From the NCBI GenBank assembly GCA_964016885.1, contig OZ024752.1, positions 30,752,001 through 30,816,000 on the forward strand: a stretch of 64,000 nucleotides of DNA. The letters are read 5' to 3'. The DNA is from Eledone cirrhosa (Eukaryota). The notes under the pieces were generated by a model that saw nothing but the letters and a program-made list of their open reading frames with translations, was not told the DNA's origin and made no database searches. A program made the position numbers and the translations under genes. This document shows, piece by piece, positions 52,346 to 64,000 of the stretch (position 1 is the stretch's first letter; every line of letters starts with the position of its first letter).

Positions 52346-53717
52346 GCATGTTCAATAAAATAAGTATCAGAATATGTTTCCTATTACATTACATGGCCAA
52401 ACTCTAGCCCTCAAAAATATGAACTTATCTAGCTGTAAATATGAGCTACCATGTAAAAGATATGCTACTGGTATAAGATGCTTGAGTTAGCTTGTAGTGA
52501 TGGTGTTCAACACATACCAATGTGTGGATCTCATTTGGAAAGAAATTGCCAAATTCTAGATACCCAACATAGGAAGAGATAAAGTCTTCCACCCTTCCAC
52601 CTCGCCTATTTAAAGGGATTATATGACCATCTTAAAAAGCAATACATTCATTCGAGATGGTCATGGCTGGACTACATTCAGTCGTATTTCTGCTCCATTA
52701 CTGTTGACCTCAGGCTACACAACAGCAACATTGAGTTTTCTATAACAATTCGACCTATTCTTAATCGTGAAGTGAAAGCAAAGAAAACAAAAAGCACTTT
52801 AATGGTATCTATATATAACTATTCTAAATATATATACAGTTTTCTGAGAGTTGTTATGAAGAGAAAATGGCACAGAAAATGTAAAGGAATATATTAAGAA
52901 AGAAAAAAAAAAAAATGATTTGGATGCAGAAAATTTAGATTGCTTCTTTTGCTCAGCAAGAATCTGAACAACTTAAGTGTTGAATAAGATTGTATAGTCA
53001 TGTCAAATAATGGTTTACATTACAGTGCATACTTGAATAAGGTTTTGAATTGGCAGAGTCATTAAAAGCGTTGGATAGAGTGCTTTGTGGTATTCATTCT
53101 GGCTTTCTCCTCTCTGAGTTCAAATCCCACCAAGGTCAACTTCGCTTTTCATCCTTTTGAGTTCGATAAAAAAAACTACTTGTTTAATACTGGGGTCTGG
53201 GGTCAGTTCTTCCTCTATATCTCTTTCTCACTTCCTCTCTCTCTCACTTTTTATCCTTCTCTGGAAGAAATCTGCTGTATTCAGGCATGATGAGGAGATG
53301 GGCTCCATCAGGCTTAAATTGACCTAAAAAAGTTGAATGTCAATACAGTACCCTCAACGACTCCATCGGGAGTTATGGGACTCAGAAGAAGAATATACTT
53401 GAATATAAGATGAGAAATATGTGACCCCAAAAAATCGATGAATGCCCTTCCCATCACCGACCACTTCACAGAAGTGGCAACTTCTAGCAATATGTGTCTG
53501 GGGGTGGGATGGGGGGGGATGTGCGGTGGAGTTGAAGTAGTGATGTTCAAAATAAGACACACACACACATATATATAGATATATAGATATGTAAAAAGCT
53601 GAAACCGCTGGGCATTGTAGTCAGGATTTTACATATCTCTATACAAACTCAGCGTCTCCTCATGCATTGAGTGCTCCCATGATTAGTGGTCTCCTCGGTC
53701 TCATCACTGCGGAACCT

Positions 53718-54438
53718 ATGAATTGAGAGAGGGAGAGACTAAGTATAAGAGGAATCAAATGCTGTGTGCAGGAGAGGAGGTTGCGTTGGTATGGACATGT
53801 GATGTGTATGAAGGATGACAGCTGCATAAAAAGGTGTAGAGCGCTAAAAATTGATGGAAGCCTTGGAGTGGGGGAGACCCAAGAAGATCTGGAATGAGAT
53901 GATGAAAGCTGATCTTGCCCAATTGCACTTCTCAAAGGTGATGACACAGGACCGTGACCTCTGGCGTCACACAGTAATACAGAAGACCCGACTTCCCACG
54001 GGTACAAGCCGAAGCTGAAGCATATAGACAATATGCCTCCACCCCTCCCACTGTAAAGTCGTCGTGTAGGCGCCACAGTAAAAAAGCACCCAGCACTCAC
54101 TGTAAATGAGGTTGGTGTCAGAAAGGGCATCCAGCTGTAAAAATCAAGCCAAAATCAGTTCCGTATGAGTAAGACATGATAACCCCAGGGCCGTCTTAAC
54201 GCATGGGCACACTGGGCAGTTGCCCCGGGGGGCCCCACGAGGATAGGGAGCCCATTTGTATTTTTATTCCTGTGAGTGGTTGTGTAGGAAGGGGCAGTGC
54301 TCTGCTTTGCTCAGGGGCCTATAATGCTGTTAAGATGGCCCTGTCTAACCTGACCTGGTATTGCCCACAACAGGAAAACCCATCTAACCCATCTAACCCA
54401 TGGTAGCGTGGAAGAATGGACGTAAAACGATGATGATG
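53718..54438 (+). mobile_element. RTE LINE 3' portion interrupted by a MITE
   Basis: Highly similar to 60495-61072. Confidence 0.9.
54186..54343. mobile_element. hAT-like MITE
   Basis: TIRs cagggccgtcttaac / gttaagatggccctg. Confidence 0.8.
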
Positions 54439-54817
54439 TATATATATATATATCATCATCATCATCATCTTCGTTTAACGTCCATATTCCACGCTCGCAT
54501 GGGTTTGGACGGGAGTTTTCCCACTTGAGGCAAGAGTGGTTGTCTTGCTCGCATAGGACTGTCTGGCGGGTTTTCTACGGCTGGATGCCCTTCCTAACAC
54601 CAACCACATTTACAGTGTGGACTGGGAGGTTTTTACCGTGTTACCTACACGGCCACATTACAGCGTGGACTGTGTGTTTTTTTGTCGTGACACCTACACG
54701 ACCTCATTTGTTTCGGGCTGGATGTTGTGGTACCAACATAACTTTACATTGAAAGGGGTGGTGTGGATGGGGTGGGGGTAGTGGGACGGGGGTGTATATA
54801 TATATGTATATATATAT

Positions 54818-55069
54818 ATAGGAAAATGTTTATCCCCGATGGCAGAGCTCAAGCCGTTTCGACGGCTATTTCAAGCCTAAGAAATATATTTTAGCAACTT
54901 AGCATGAATCACTTTTTACTTTTTATATGAGTTCAGAAATAACCATCGAAATAGCTTGAGCTCTGCTGTCGGGGTTAAACATTTTCCTATTACCCACTCT
55001 ACTACCCTAAGTATTGAGTACTCTGGTGTGTTATGGTCCATCTGGTTCCTTACCACACTTCCTTCGTTA
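54818..55069 (+). mobile_element. Fold-back H1 element with captured local sequence in the loop
   Basis: Arms 54818-54872 and ~54935-54990; tail to 55069. Confidence 0.8.
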
Positions 55070-55087
55070 TATATATATATACACATG

Positions 55088-55118
<31 letters not shown>

Positions 55119-55427
55119 ATATATACATGTATATATATCATCTTGGTTAAGAGAGTGGGACTGGCTTTGTGCAGTGCCTTTGCTTACTATAAAAGCTTCA
55201 CGGCACAGGCATTGCTTTATATCTGGAGATCTCTCTGCACTTGTCGTCACATGCTACCATGGGCCCAGCACTATGTGTCAATAATTGTCACAAGTGTAGT
55301 GTTTGTACCAGAGTTTTCAAGTCGCTGGCTGGACTAAAACGTCACACTCGTTCAGTGCATCGGTAGGGGTTCTCCTACATGGATATAAAGTAGTGGCCGT
55401 ACTCGAAATCGAGTTGGCAGCCACCAT

Positions 55428-55475
<48 letters not shown>

Positions 55476-56221
55476 ATGGACGTTAAACGATGATGATGAT
55501 GATATATATATAACATTATATATAAATCCCGCCGAGGTTGACTTTGCCTTTCATCCTTACGGGGTCGATAAAATAAAGTACCAGTAATGCACTGGGTAAT
55601 TGCTGGCCTTGTGCCTAAAGTAGAAACAATTATATATGTATATATATATATATAATGTTTTTGGCTGGAAACCATTCAACTGAGCTGAGGATCCAAAAGG
55701 TGAAACAAATTGTCATCAAAAATGGTTAATTAACTGTTGTGGATCTAACTTCTACCAAACTCGTCCCATGGACTGAGTGCTTTATTACTATGGATATAAT
55801 CTCCCAGTATTCTATATATACAAACACACATACATACTGTAATATTTATAGAGAAAATCCATTCTGGTTAATTGACATAATTGTTCCTTATGAAATGTAA
55901 TACTTTAAAAAAAAAACTTCAAGCCTAAGAAATATATTTGATAGAAATATATTTTAGCAACTTTGCATGAATCACTTTTTACTTAGAACTGTTGATGGAC
56001 GGCAGATGGTTTGGATAGGTTCCAAACTTATTACTATTTCTTTCTTGTTGGAGATTTAGAGATTTAGGGAAGTTATGGTTTTTATATAATTAAATATATA
56101 TATATATGTATATGTATATATACATATATATATATATGTGTGTGTGTGTGTATATATATGTATGTATGTATATATATATATATATAAATGAAAGATATAA
56201 TTTGGCCCTTTTAAGTCTTCC

Positions 56222-56252
<31 letters not shown>

Positions 56253-56523
56253 ATGTATATATGTATATATATAATGTATATATGTATGTATATATATATA
56301 ATGTATATATGTTATGTATGTATATATATATATAATGTATATATATAATGTATATATGTATAAGTATGTATATATATAATGTATATATGTTATGTATGTA
56401 TATATATATATATAATGTATATATCTGTATATATATATAATGTATATATCTATGTATATATATATAATGTATATATGTATGTATATATATATAATGTATA
56501 TATGTATGTATATATATATAATG

Positions 56524-56554
<31 letters not shown>

Positions 56555-56643
56555 TTGTATATATATATATATATATATAATGTATATATGTATATGTATA
56601 TATATGTGTGTATATATATATATATATATGTGTGTATATAATG

Positions 56644-56696
<53 letters not shown>

Positions 56697-56859
56697 ATGT
56701 ATGTATGTATATGTATGTATGTATATATATATGTATGTATATGTATGTATGTATATATATGTATGTATATGTATGTATGTATATATGTGTATGTATATGT
56801 ATGTATATGTATGTATGTATATGTATGTATGTATATATGTATATGTATGTATGTATATG

Positions 56860-56916
<57 letters not shown>

Positions 56917-58212
56917 ATATATAATGTATATATGTATATATATGTGTGTGTATATATAATGTATATATGTATGTATATGTATATGTATGCATATATGTAT
57001 ATGTATGTATGTATATATGCATATGTATATATATATATATGTATATATGTGTATATATATGTATAGATATACATATATATCTATATATATGTATATATAT
57101 ATATGTATATATGTATATATATATTCACAAATACACACACACATACACACACAGATATATATATAATGTATATATGCATATATATATATATATATATATG
57201 CATATATCACGCACACATATATATATATCGTTAAACAATGATGATGATGATGATATATATCATGTATTCCTCTCTATTTCCTCAATATAATTTAGCAATA
57301 TTATTACGTTACTAGAAGATTCCACAATATTTAGGGCGTTGGACTTAATTGCAAAGGAAATGTCCATAATTTTGTTTGGCAACTAACTCAATTATTTCTT
57401 GTTTTTTCTTCATTCTTCTTTTAAGGGGTAGGTGTCTGTGAGCGGGGTGAGGTGCAGTTTATGACGTTGGATTTATAAATAACCTGTTTGATTATTTTTC
57501 TTATTTTTCTTGTCTGTTTACATCACAGGTGTTTTACAGCTGAACACCCATTCTCATAGAAAACAGTTTCTGGAGATAATTACTAATAAATAGAAGAATA
57601 TATGTTGTGTTTGTGTGTCTGTATTTCTGTGTCTGTGTTTCTATGTCTGTGTGTATATAATTATATACTCTAGGGTCCCAGAATAATAGGCGTGTGTGGG
57701 GGGTGGGTAAGAGGTGGGTGGTGGATATTTGCTTAAATTATTATAAGCAAGGGTGGGTAGGTAGAATAAACGGGTGGTTGGCAAATCAGTAATTGTATAC
57801 TGGTGTTCCTAAATATGGGATTTCTTGTAATGTTCTTTTTTTGTCATATATAATGTTTTTTTTTTATTAATGTAAAATAAAATTATTATTAGATTCTCCA
57901 GGTGCTGTATCAATATGATACACTTTTTGCTAAAGATGGATTACCAACATTTAATAAGCAGGTGGGTTGGAATAAAACATTTGGAAAAATTCTGAAAAAT
58001 TAATAAGCGGGTGTGGGGGATGATTATTCAAGACCTGGGAGTAAGTGTTTATGGATGGGGGTGTTTTTTTTTAGAGTGGGGAGGGCTTTGTATTTTTTGT
58101 ATAACCATGGATATGTAGTTGGAAAGCTCCTCTCCAAGATACAGACTTTTGTATGTTTTTTTCTCTGTAAAAACATTTTACTTTAAGTTGGCTGAGTTTG
58201 TAGAGCATTTGA

Positions 58213-59210
58213 TTAACCCTTTAACATTTAAACCAGCTGTATCCAGCCAGAATTCTCTCACCTCATTTTGTTCAAACCGGTTGTAACTGGCCGCTCATAC
58301 TAACGTTAAGGTATTGTTCTCAAAATAAATAATATCAAAATCTTGTACATTCGATATTATGTGAGATAGAGCCTTTTCTCTGAAAATACAATAGTAAATA
58401 TAGAGTAATTTTCTAGGGCGGGTAAAATTCCCGAGATCCATGGACGAGTTCTCTCCAGCGGTCTCTGACCCTCATTATCGCTGCCATGTCCTGCGTCTCC
58501 AACAGACCAATGTCTGTCCTTAGGGCATCAACATACGTTAACCTTGGTCTTCCTCTTCCTGTGTGTCTATGTAGGGGCTCCCACAGGAGTGCAATGTCAA
58601 CTCTGGATGTTGGTGAGCATGTCCAGCTAACCTCAGTCTCCTCTGTGTCACTTTTGAGCTGACTTTTGGGAGGCTGCCATACAGCTCTGAGTTTTTCATC
58701 CTCAGTGTATACTGATTAATGTTCAGAGCCATCCTCAGCATTCTCGTGTAGCACCCATCCACCATCTGAGTGAGTTTCTTGGTCAGTGTCCAAGTCTCAG
58801 ACCCGTACAGCAGTACAGACTCCACTACAGCAATGAAGAGGCGGATTTTCAGGTCTTTATGAAAGTTCGACTTCCACACCGATCTCAAGCTGTGGCACGC
58901 TGCCCAGGCCTTGCTCTTCCTCTCAAACAAGTCATCTTCCATATTCCCAATCTTTGCTCCCAAATACGGCTCAGAGCAGGAGAGTTAAGGCGAAAAAGAT
59001 ATCATGCCGACGACATAGTTTTGGTGACAAATACAGTGAAGGAGGCAGAGGATTTGATGCAGGAGGTTGAGATTGTGTTGATGAGTGTGGGGCTGAGAAT
59101 GAATGAGACGAAAACAAAATATCTGGTAGAGAATGTTGAGAAGCCAGAGGGGATCACTAATGTAGGCGGGAAGCCGCTAGAATAGAGTAATGTGAATTCT
59201 AAAAGGTTAA
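58213..59210. mobile_element. piggyBac-like MITE split by an RTE insertion
   Basis: ttaa-cccttt start; the final segment gtgaattctaaaagg-ttaa lies after the RTE. Confidence 0.8.
58410..59181 (-). mobile_element. RTE LINE with 5' inversion and 10-bp TSD
   Basis: Minus 58970->58410 reads YLGAKI..LLYGSETW..RRLRLAGH. Plus 58995-59181 reads HADDIVLV..GLRMNETKTKY..GKPLE. TSD atagagtaat at 58400-58409 and 59182-59191. Confidence 0.92.
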
Positions 59211-59337
59211 ATATCTTGTGATATTTTGTTTTAGTGTTGATAAAATAAGTACCCTAGAAAAAGGCTGTGCAGCTGTATTGATAATCACAGTTCAATGATT
59301 GAAAACAATAACACAATATACTATCTATCTATCTGTT

Positions 59338-59376
<39 letters not shown>

Positions 59377-59378
59377 CA

Positions 59379-59419
<41 letters not shown>

Positions 59420-59518
59420 GTGTGTATACATAGCTATACTTTATACTTGTTGTTCTGTTGCATTTTGGTTGTCTTGTTTTCCTTGTTTCCTTTTGACTTT
59501 CCATATATATATGAGTGC

Positions 59519-59618
<100 letters not shown>

Positions 59619-59661
59619 CCCCCCCCCCCTCCCACACACATATATATATACATACGATAGT

Positions 59662-60042
59662 TTAACCCTTATGTTACTAAACCATCAGAAACCACCCCTG
59701 GTTTTGTGATACAAAACAACTTATTTTAAAGTGTTTATATTTATCTATAAAAGCCTTTGTTAAGTTATGCTCCAATTCTTCTTCTTGTGTCATGTGATGC
59801 CTTGGGGTAGGTGTTCGAGCTCCAGAGGGCTTGATTGACCATTGTAGCACATAGATTTGTTCCTTTGAGGCCTTTGTCCATCTCCATGATTGCTTTCAAG
59901 GTGATATCTGTTCCAAACAACTCCAAACTAATAAGAAAATTAGTTATATTACCAAATCTTTCCAAATTCTTGATTATATTCAAAATTATTTGAAAATCAT
60001 AAGTAGTTTCTTTCATTAGAAATATGGTAAGAAAAGGGTTAA
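59662..60042. mobile_element. piggyBac-like MITE, second family
   Basis: ttaa-cccttatgttac ... gtaagaaaaggg-ttaa. Confidence 0.65.
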
Positions 60043-60329
60043 ACTAATTATTAGTCATATGGTAAGGGTGAGTCCTGTAATCCACAGGATTTAAGAATGG
60101 CACTGAATATTTTTCTTGGGAAATCTAACACTAAATCAGTGTTTCCCCAACTGCAAGTTATATATACACACATATGCACACATATATGTATACACACACA
60201 CACACAGATACTCACATATGTATATACCCACAAGCTCTCTCGTTCTCTCTCTCCCTCTCCCTCTCTCTCTCTCTCTCGCTCTCTCTCTCTATATATATAC
60301 ACACACACACATATATGTATTATATTCCC

Positions 60330-61072
60330 TCAGAATGAAAGGCAGACTGTATGATGCGTGTATCCGAACAGTGATGTTGCATGGTAGTGAGACCTAGGCG
60401 CTGAAGGTGGAAGACTTACATAGATTAGAGAGAAACGAAGCCTGCATGCTCCGATGGATGTGTAACAGTAATATACACGAACGACAAAGCATAAATGAAT
60501 TGAGAGAGAGACTGAGCATAAGAGGAATCAAATGCTGTGTGCAGGAGAGGCGGTTGCGCTGGTATGGACATGTGATGCGTATGAAGGATGACAGCTGCAT
60601 AAAAAGGTGCAGAGCACTAGAAGTTGATGGAAACCGCGGAGTGGGGAGACCCAAGATGACCTGGGATGAGGTGATAAAAGCCGACCTTACCCGATTACAC
60701 TTCTCAAAGGCAATGACACACGGCCGTGACCTCTGGCGTCACGCAGTAATACAGAGTACCCGACCTCCCATGGGTACAAGCTGAAGCATATAGACAATAT
60801 GCCCCCCCCCCCACCGCAAGGTGGTCGTGGAGGTGCCACAGCAAAAAAGCACCCAGCCCACACTGTAGAGTGGACGTGTAGGCGCCACGAAAAAGCACCC
60901 AGCACTCACTGTAAATGAGGTTGGTGTTAGGAAGGGCATCCAGCTGTAGAAATCAAGCCAAATCAGTTCCTGTATGAGCAAGGCATGGTCAGCCGACCAG
61001 ACATTGCCCACAACAGGACAACCCGTCTAACCCATGCTAGCGTGGAAGAACGGACGTAAAACGGTGATGATG
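60330..61072 (+). mobile_element. RTE LINE 3' portion, 5'-truncated with in-frame stop
   Basis: MKGRLYDACIRTVMLHGSET*..RLERNEACMLRWMC..RRLRWYGHVMR..GRPKMTW; (TGA)n tail. Confidence 0.92.
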
Positions 61073-61135
61073 AAAGAGTCGGACCTTGACAGCTGAGCTA
61101 AACAGCTATTTCCACTATACATATATATATATGTA

Positions 61136-61193
<58 letters not shown>

Positions 61194-61351
61194 ACATTGA
61201 GCTACTTAACTTACTGGTAATAAGGTAGTAATACATTACTGCCTACCACTATTTAGGGTTTGTATAAAAAATACATATAAGTGCAAAAGGTTTTTGTATT
61301 TTCATAACCATAAATAGTACAATTAATACTATATATATATATATATATATA

Positions 61352-61554
61352 AAACGAAGGAAATGTGGTAAGGAACCAGGTGGACCATAACGCACGAAAG
61401 TACTCAATACTTAGGGTAGTAGAGTGGGTAATAGGAACGAGTAGGACCCCGACGGCTGAGCTCAAGCCGTTTCGACGGCTAATTCTGGACTGAATTAGTC
61501 CAGAATTAGCCGTCGAAACGGCTTGAGCTCAGCCGTCGGGGTCCTACTCGTTCC

Positions 61555-61557
<3 letters not shown>
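61352..61557 (-). mobile_element. Perfect fold-back H1 element with tail
   Basis: 61-bp perfect arms (61431-61491, 61497-61557), loop gaatt, tail 61352-61430; in (TA)n. Confidence 0.9.
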
Positions 61558-61585
<28 letters not shown>

Positions 61586-62172
61586 TATAAGAACAGATTA
61601 AAGTTTAAGCAAAGAATCGTTGCTTTCACCCTTAACGGGATCTTTAGATTTTAGTCTTCACATTTATTATTATATATATATAGCCACAAGTGAAATTAAA
61701 TTCAGTACTACAAGCTAAAAGTACAACGGCATCAGGTTCTTATCAGCTACTGCCATTTATTTGTGTTTCTATGGTGGCAGTTGTGGTGTTGTTGGTGGTT
61801 GTGGTGGAGGTGTTGGTGGTGGTAGGGTGGTGGTATTGGGGTGGTGGTGATGGAGGGGTGCTGTGGGTGTTGGTGAGGGTGGTAGGGGTATTGGGCAATG
61901 TTGGCAGTGCTGATGTCGGTGATGGTGGTGTTAGTGGTGGTGGGGTGGTGGTGATGGAGGGGCGTTGTGGGTGTTGGTGAGGGCAGCGGGGGTATTGGGC
62001 AATGCTGGCGGTGCTGATGTCGGTGATGGTGGTGTTAGTGGTGGTGGGGTGGTGGTGTTGGTGTCAGTGATGGTTGTGTGTGTGGTTGGGTTATTACTAC
62101 TGTTTATTTGTCTGTCTGTATTTCTTTTTAAATGAATTATTTATATTGGTGTTATTCCTAATCTTGGATGTT

Positions 62173-62286
62173 CATCATCACCATCATCATCAACACCATC
62201 ATCATCAACACCATCATCGTCATCACCATCATCATCATCATCATCACCATAATCACCATCATCATTATCATCATCATCATCATCAC
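62173..62286. repeat. (CAT/CAC)n trinucleotide repeat
   Basis: Direct inspection. Confidence 0.95.
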
Positions 62287-62399
62287 GAGATGCTGGCACA
62301 ATGTTTCAGTCACCTGTTTCTAATCATTTTCAGGTGATATAACCTGTCTATTACTCACCTGAGCTGGGGGTATATATATATATATACATACGAACTTAA

Positions 62400-63420
62400 A
62401 CCTACAGTCAATAGGCACCTCTTAACCCAATATACACCCTTCCCGACTCCACCTACCCCATCCTCCCACTTCTGTCCTCTGTAAAGTGGTCGTGTAGGTG
62501 ACACGACAAAAAGCACCCAGTCCACACTGTAACTGTGGTTGGTATTAGGAAGGGCATCCAGGGCCATAGCTCTATGCTGCAAAGTATATTGTCTGACACT
62601 CTACCAATTCTGCCAATCCACCACCCTATAATAAAGAAATAATTGTTTCTACTTTAGGCACAAGGCCAGAAATTATCCCAATGCATTACTGGTACTTTAT
62701 TTTATCGACCCCGTAAGGATGAAAGGCAAAGTTAACCTCGGCGGTATTTTGAACTCAGAATGGCAAGGGCCGTAACTCTATGCGTCAAAGCATGGCGTCC
62801 GACCCTCTACCGATACTGCCAATCCACATATATCATCATTTTACGTCCGCTTTTCCCTGCTTGCAAGGGTGAGACGGGAACTGATTCTGGCTTGATTTCT
62901 ACAGCTGGATGCCCTTCCTAACACCAGAATAATAATATAATAAAGAAATAATTGTTTCTACTTTTGGCACAAGGCCACCAATCATCCCAGTGTATTACTG
63001 GTACTTTATTTTATCGACCCCGTAAGGGTGAAATGCAAAGTTAACCTCAGCGGGACTTGAACTCAGACCGTAAAGAATAATAATTGTTTCTACTTTTGGC
63101 ACAAGGCCACCAATCATCCCAGTGTATTACTGGTACTTTATTTTATCGACCACGTAAGGATGAAAGGCAAAGTTAACCTCGGCGGGATTTGAACTCAGAT
63201 CGTAAAATATAATAAAGAAATAATTGTTTCTACTTTAGGCTCAAGGCCAGCAATTACTCAGTGCATTACTGGTACTTTATTTTATCGACCCCGTAAGGAT
63301 GAAAGGCAAAGTCAACCTCGGCGGGATTGGAACTCAGATCGTAAAGGGACGTAACTATGCTGGAAAGCATGGCGTCCAACCCTCTACCGATACTGCCAAT
63401 CCACCATATAATAAAGAAAT
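62400..63420 (-). mobile_element. Nest of SINE A copies and RTE-type 3' ends
   Basis: Several minus-strand SINE A copies; RTE tails at 62440-62560 (+) and 62830-62927 (-). Confidence 0.85.
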
Positions 63421-63659
63421 AATAATAATTATTATTGTTTGATATATTTTCAGGTTTAAAACAAGATGTGTTCCCTGCTTGAACATCCAAATGACACCAT
63501 GGTCTGTTGCTTTTACCACTCAGCTACTTTCTAATGACAGGTAATAAAATAAATTGAAGATTTTTGTTTCCTTTATTTTATTCTATTCAAGGGCGATGGA
63601 TTAGCAGTAATTGGTAGAGCGTCAGCTAACATGGTTTGTGGCATATAGTTACAGGTGTT

Positions 63660-64000
63660 TACGTTGTTGATGTTGCTGTTGATGTCGTTGCTGAGGTTGT
63701 TGTTGTTGTTGCTGCTGAGGTTGTTATTGTTGTTGATGTTGCTGCTGATGATGTTGTTGCTGCTGATGATGTTGTTGCTGTTGTTGATGTTGTTGTTACA
63801 ATTGTTTGCTGTTGATGATGTTGTTGTTGATGTTGCTGTTGATGTCGTTGCTGAGGTTGTTGTTGTTGTTGATGTTGCTGCTGATGATGTTGTTGTTGAT
63901 GTTGTTGTTACAATTGTTTGCTGTTGTTGATGTTGTTGTTGATGTTGCTGTTGATGTCGTTGCTGAGGTTGTTGCTGCTGTTGTTGTTGTCATCGTCGTC
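63660..64000. repeat. (GTT/GAT/GCT)n compound trinucleotide repeat
   Basis: Direct inspection. Confidence 0.95.

Noticed and set aside
62173-62286. Poly-His ORF (and poly-Leu/Asn ORFs at 63655-63993)
   Set aside because: Trinucleotide repeats with no coding context.

Overview
This is AT-rich, repeat-saturated eukaryotic DNA. The SINE, RTE and microsatellite content suggests an octopus-like cephalopod genome, intronic or intergenic (inference). No intact host gene is supported, and nearly all listed ORFs are read-throughs of (TA)n/(CA)n/(GA)n microsatellites. Real content: (1) decayed retroelements, namely a Tx1/L1-clade LINE (1-1975), many RTE fragments including two 5'-inverted twin-priming-type insertions, and Penelope-like element (PLE) remnants (GIY-YIG at 7826-8256, RT at ~27090-28180); (2) dozens of tRNA-derived SINEs; (3) hAT, piggyBac-like and Tc1-like MITEs; (4) five minisatellites (26, 49, 56, 78 and 88 bp). 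The most notable signal is a dense, multi-family population of short PLE-terminus elements sitting in (TA)n tracts. They carry minimal type I hammerhead ribozymes (five with an intact core, several degenerate). Many are fold-back palindromes with a one-sided tail bearing a shared GAGYRCT-like motif. In several, the palindrome axis is the ribozyme's own stem II, so the CUGAUGA strand is replaced by an inverted copy. A further repeat family carries a covarying CUGAUGA-containing structure that does not fit the hammerhead consensus. All structures were folded by eye and none has been computed or tested.
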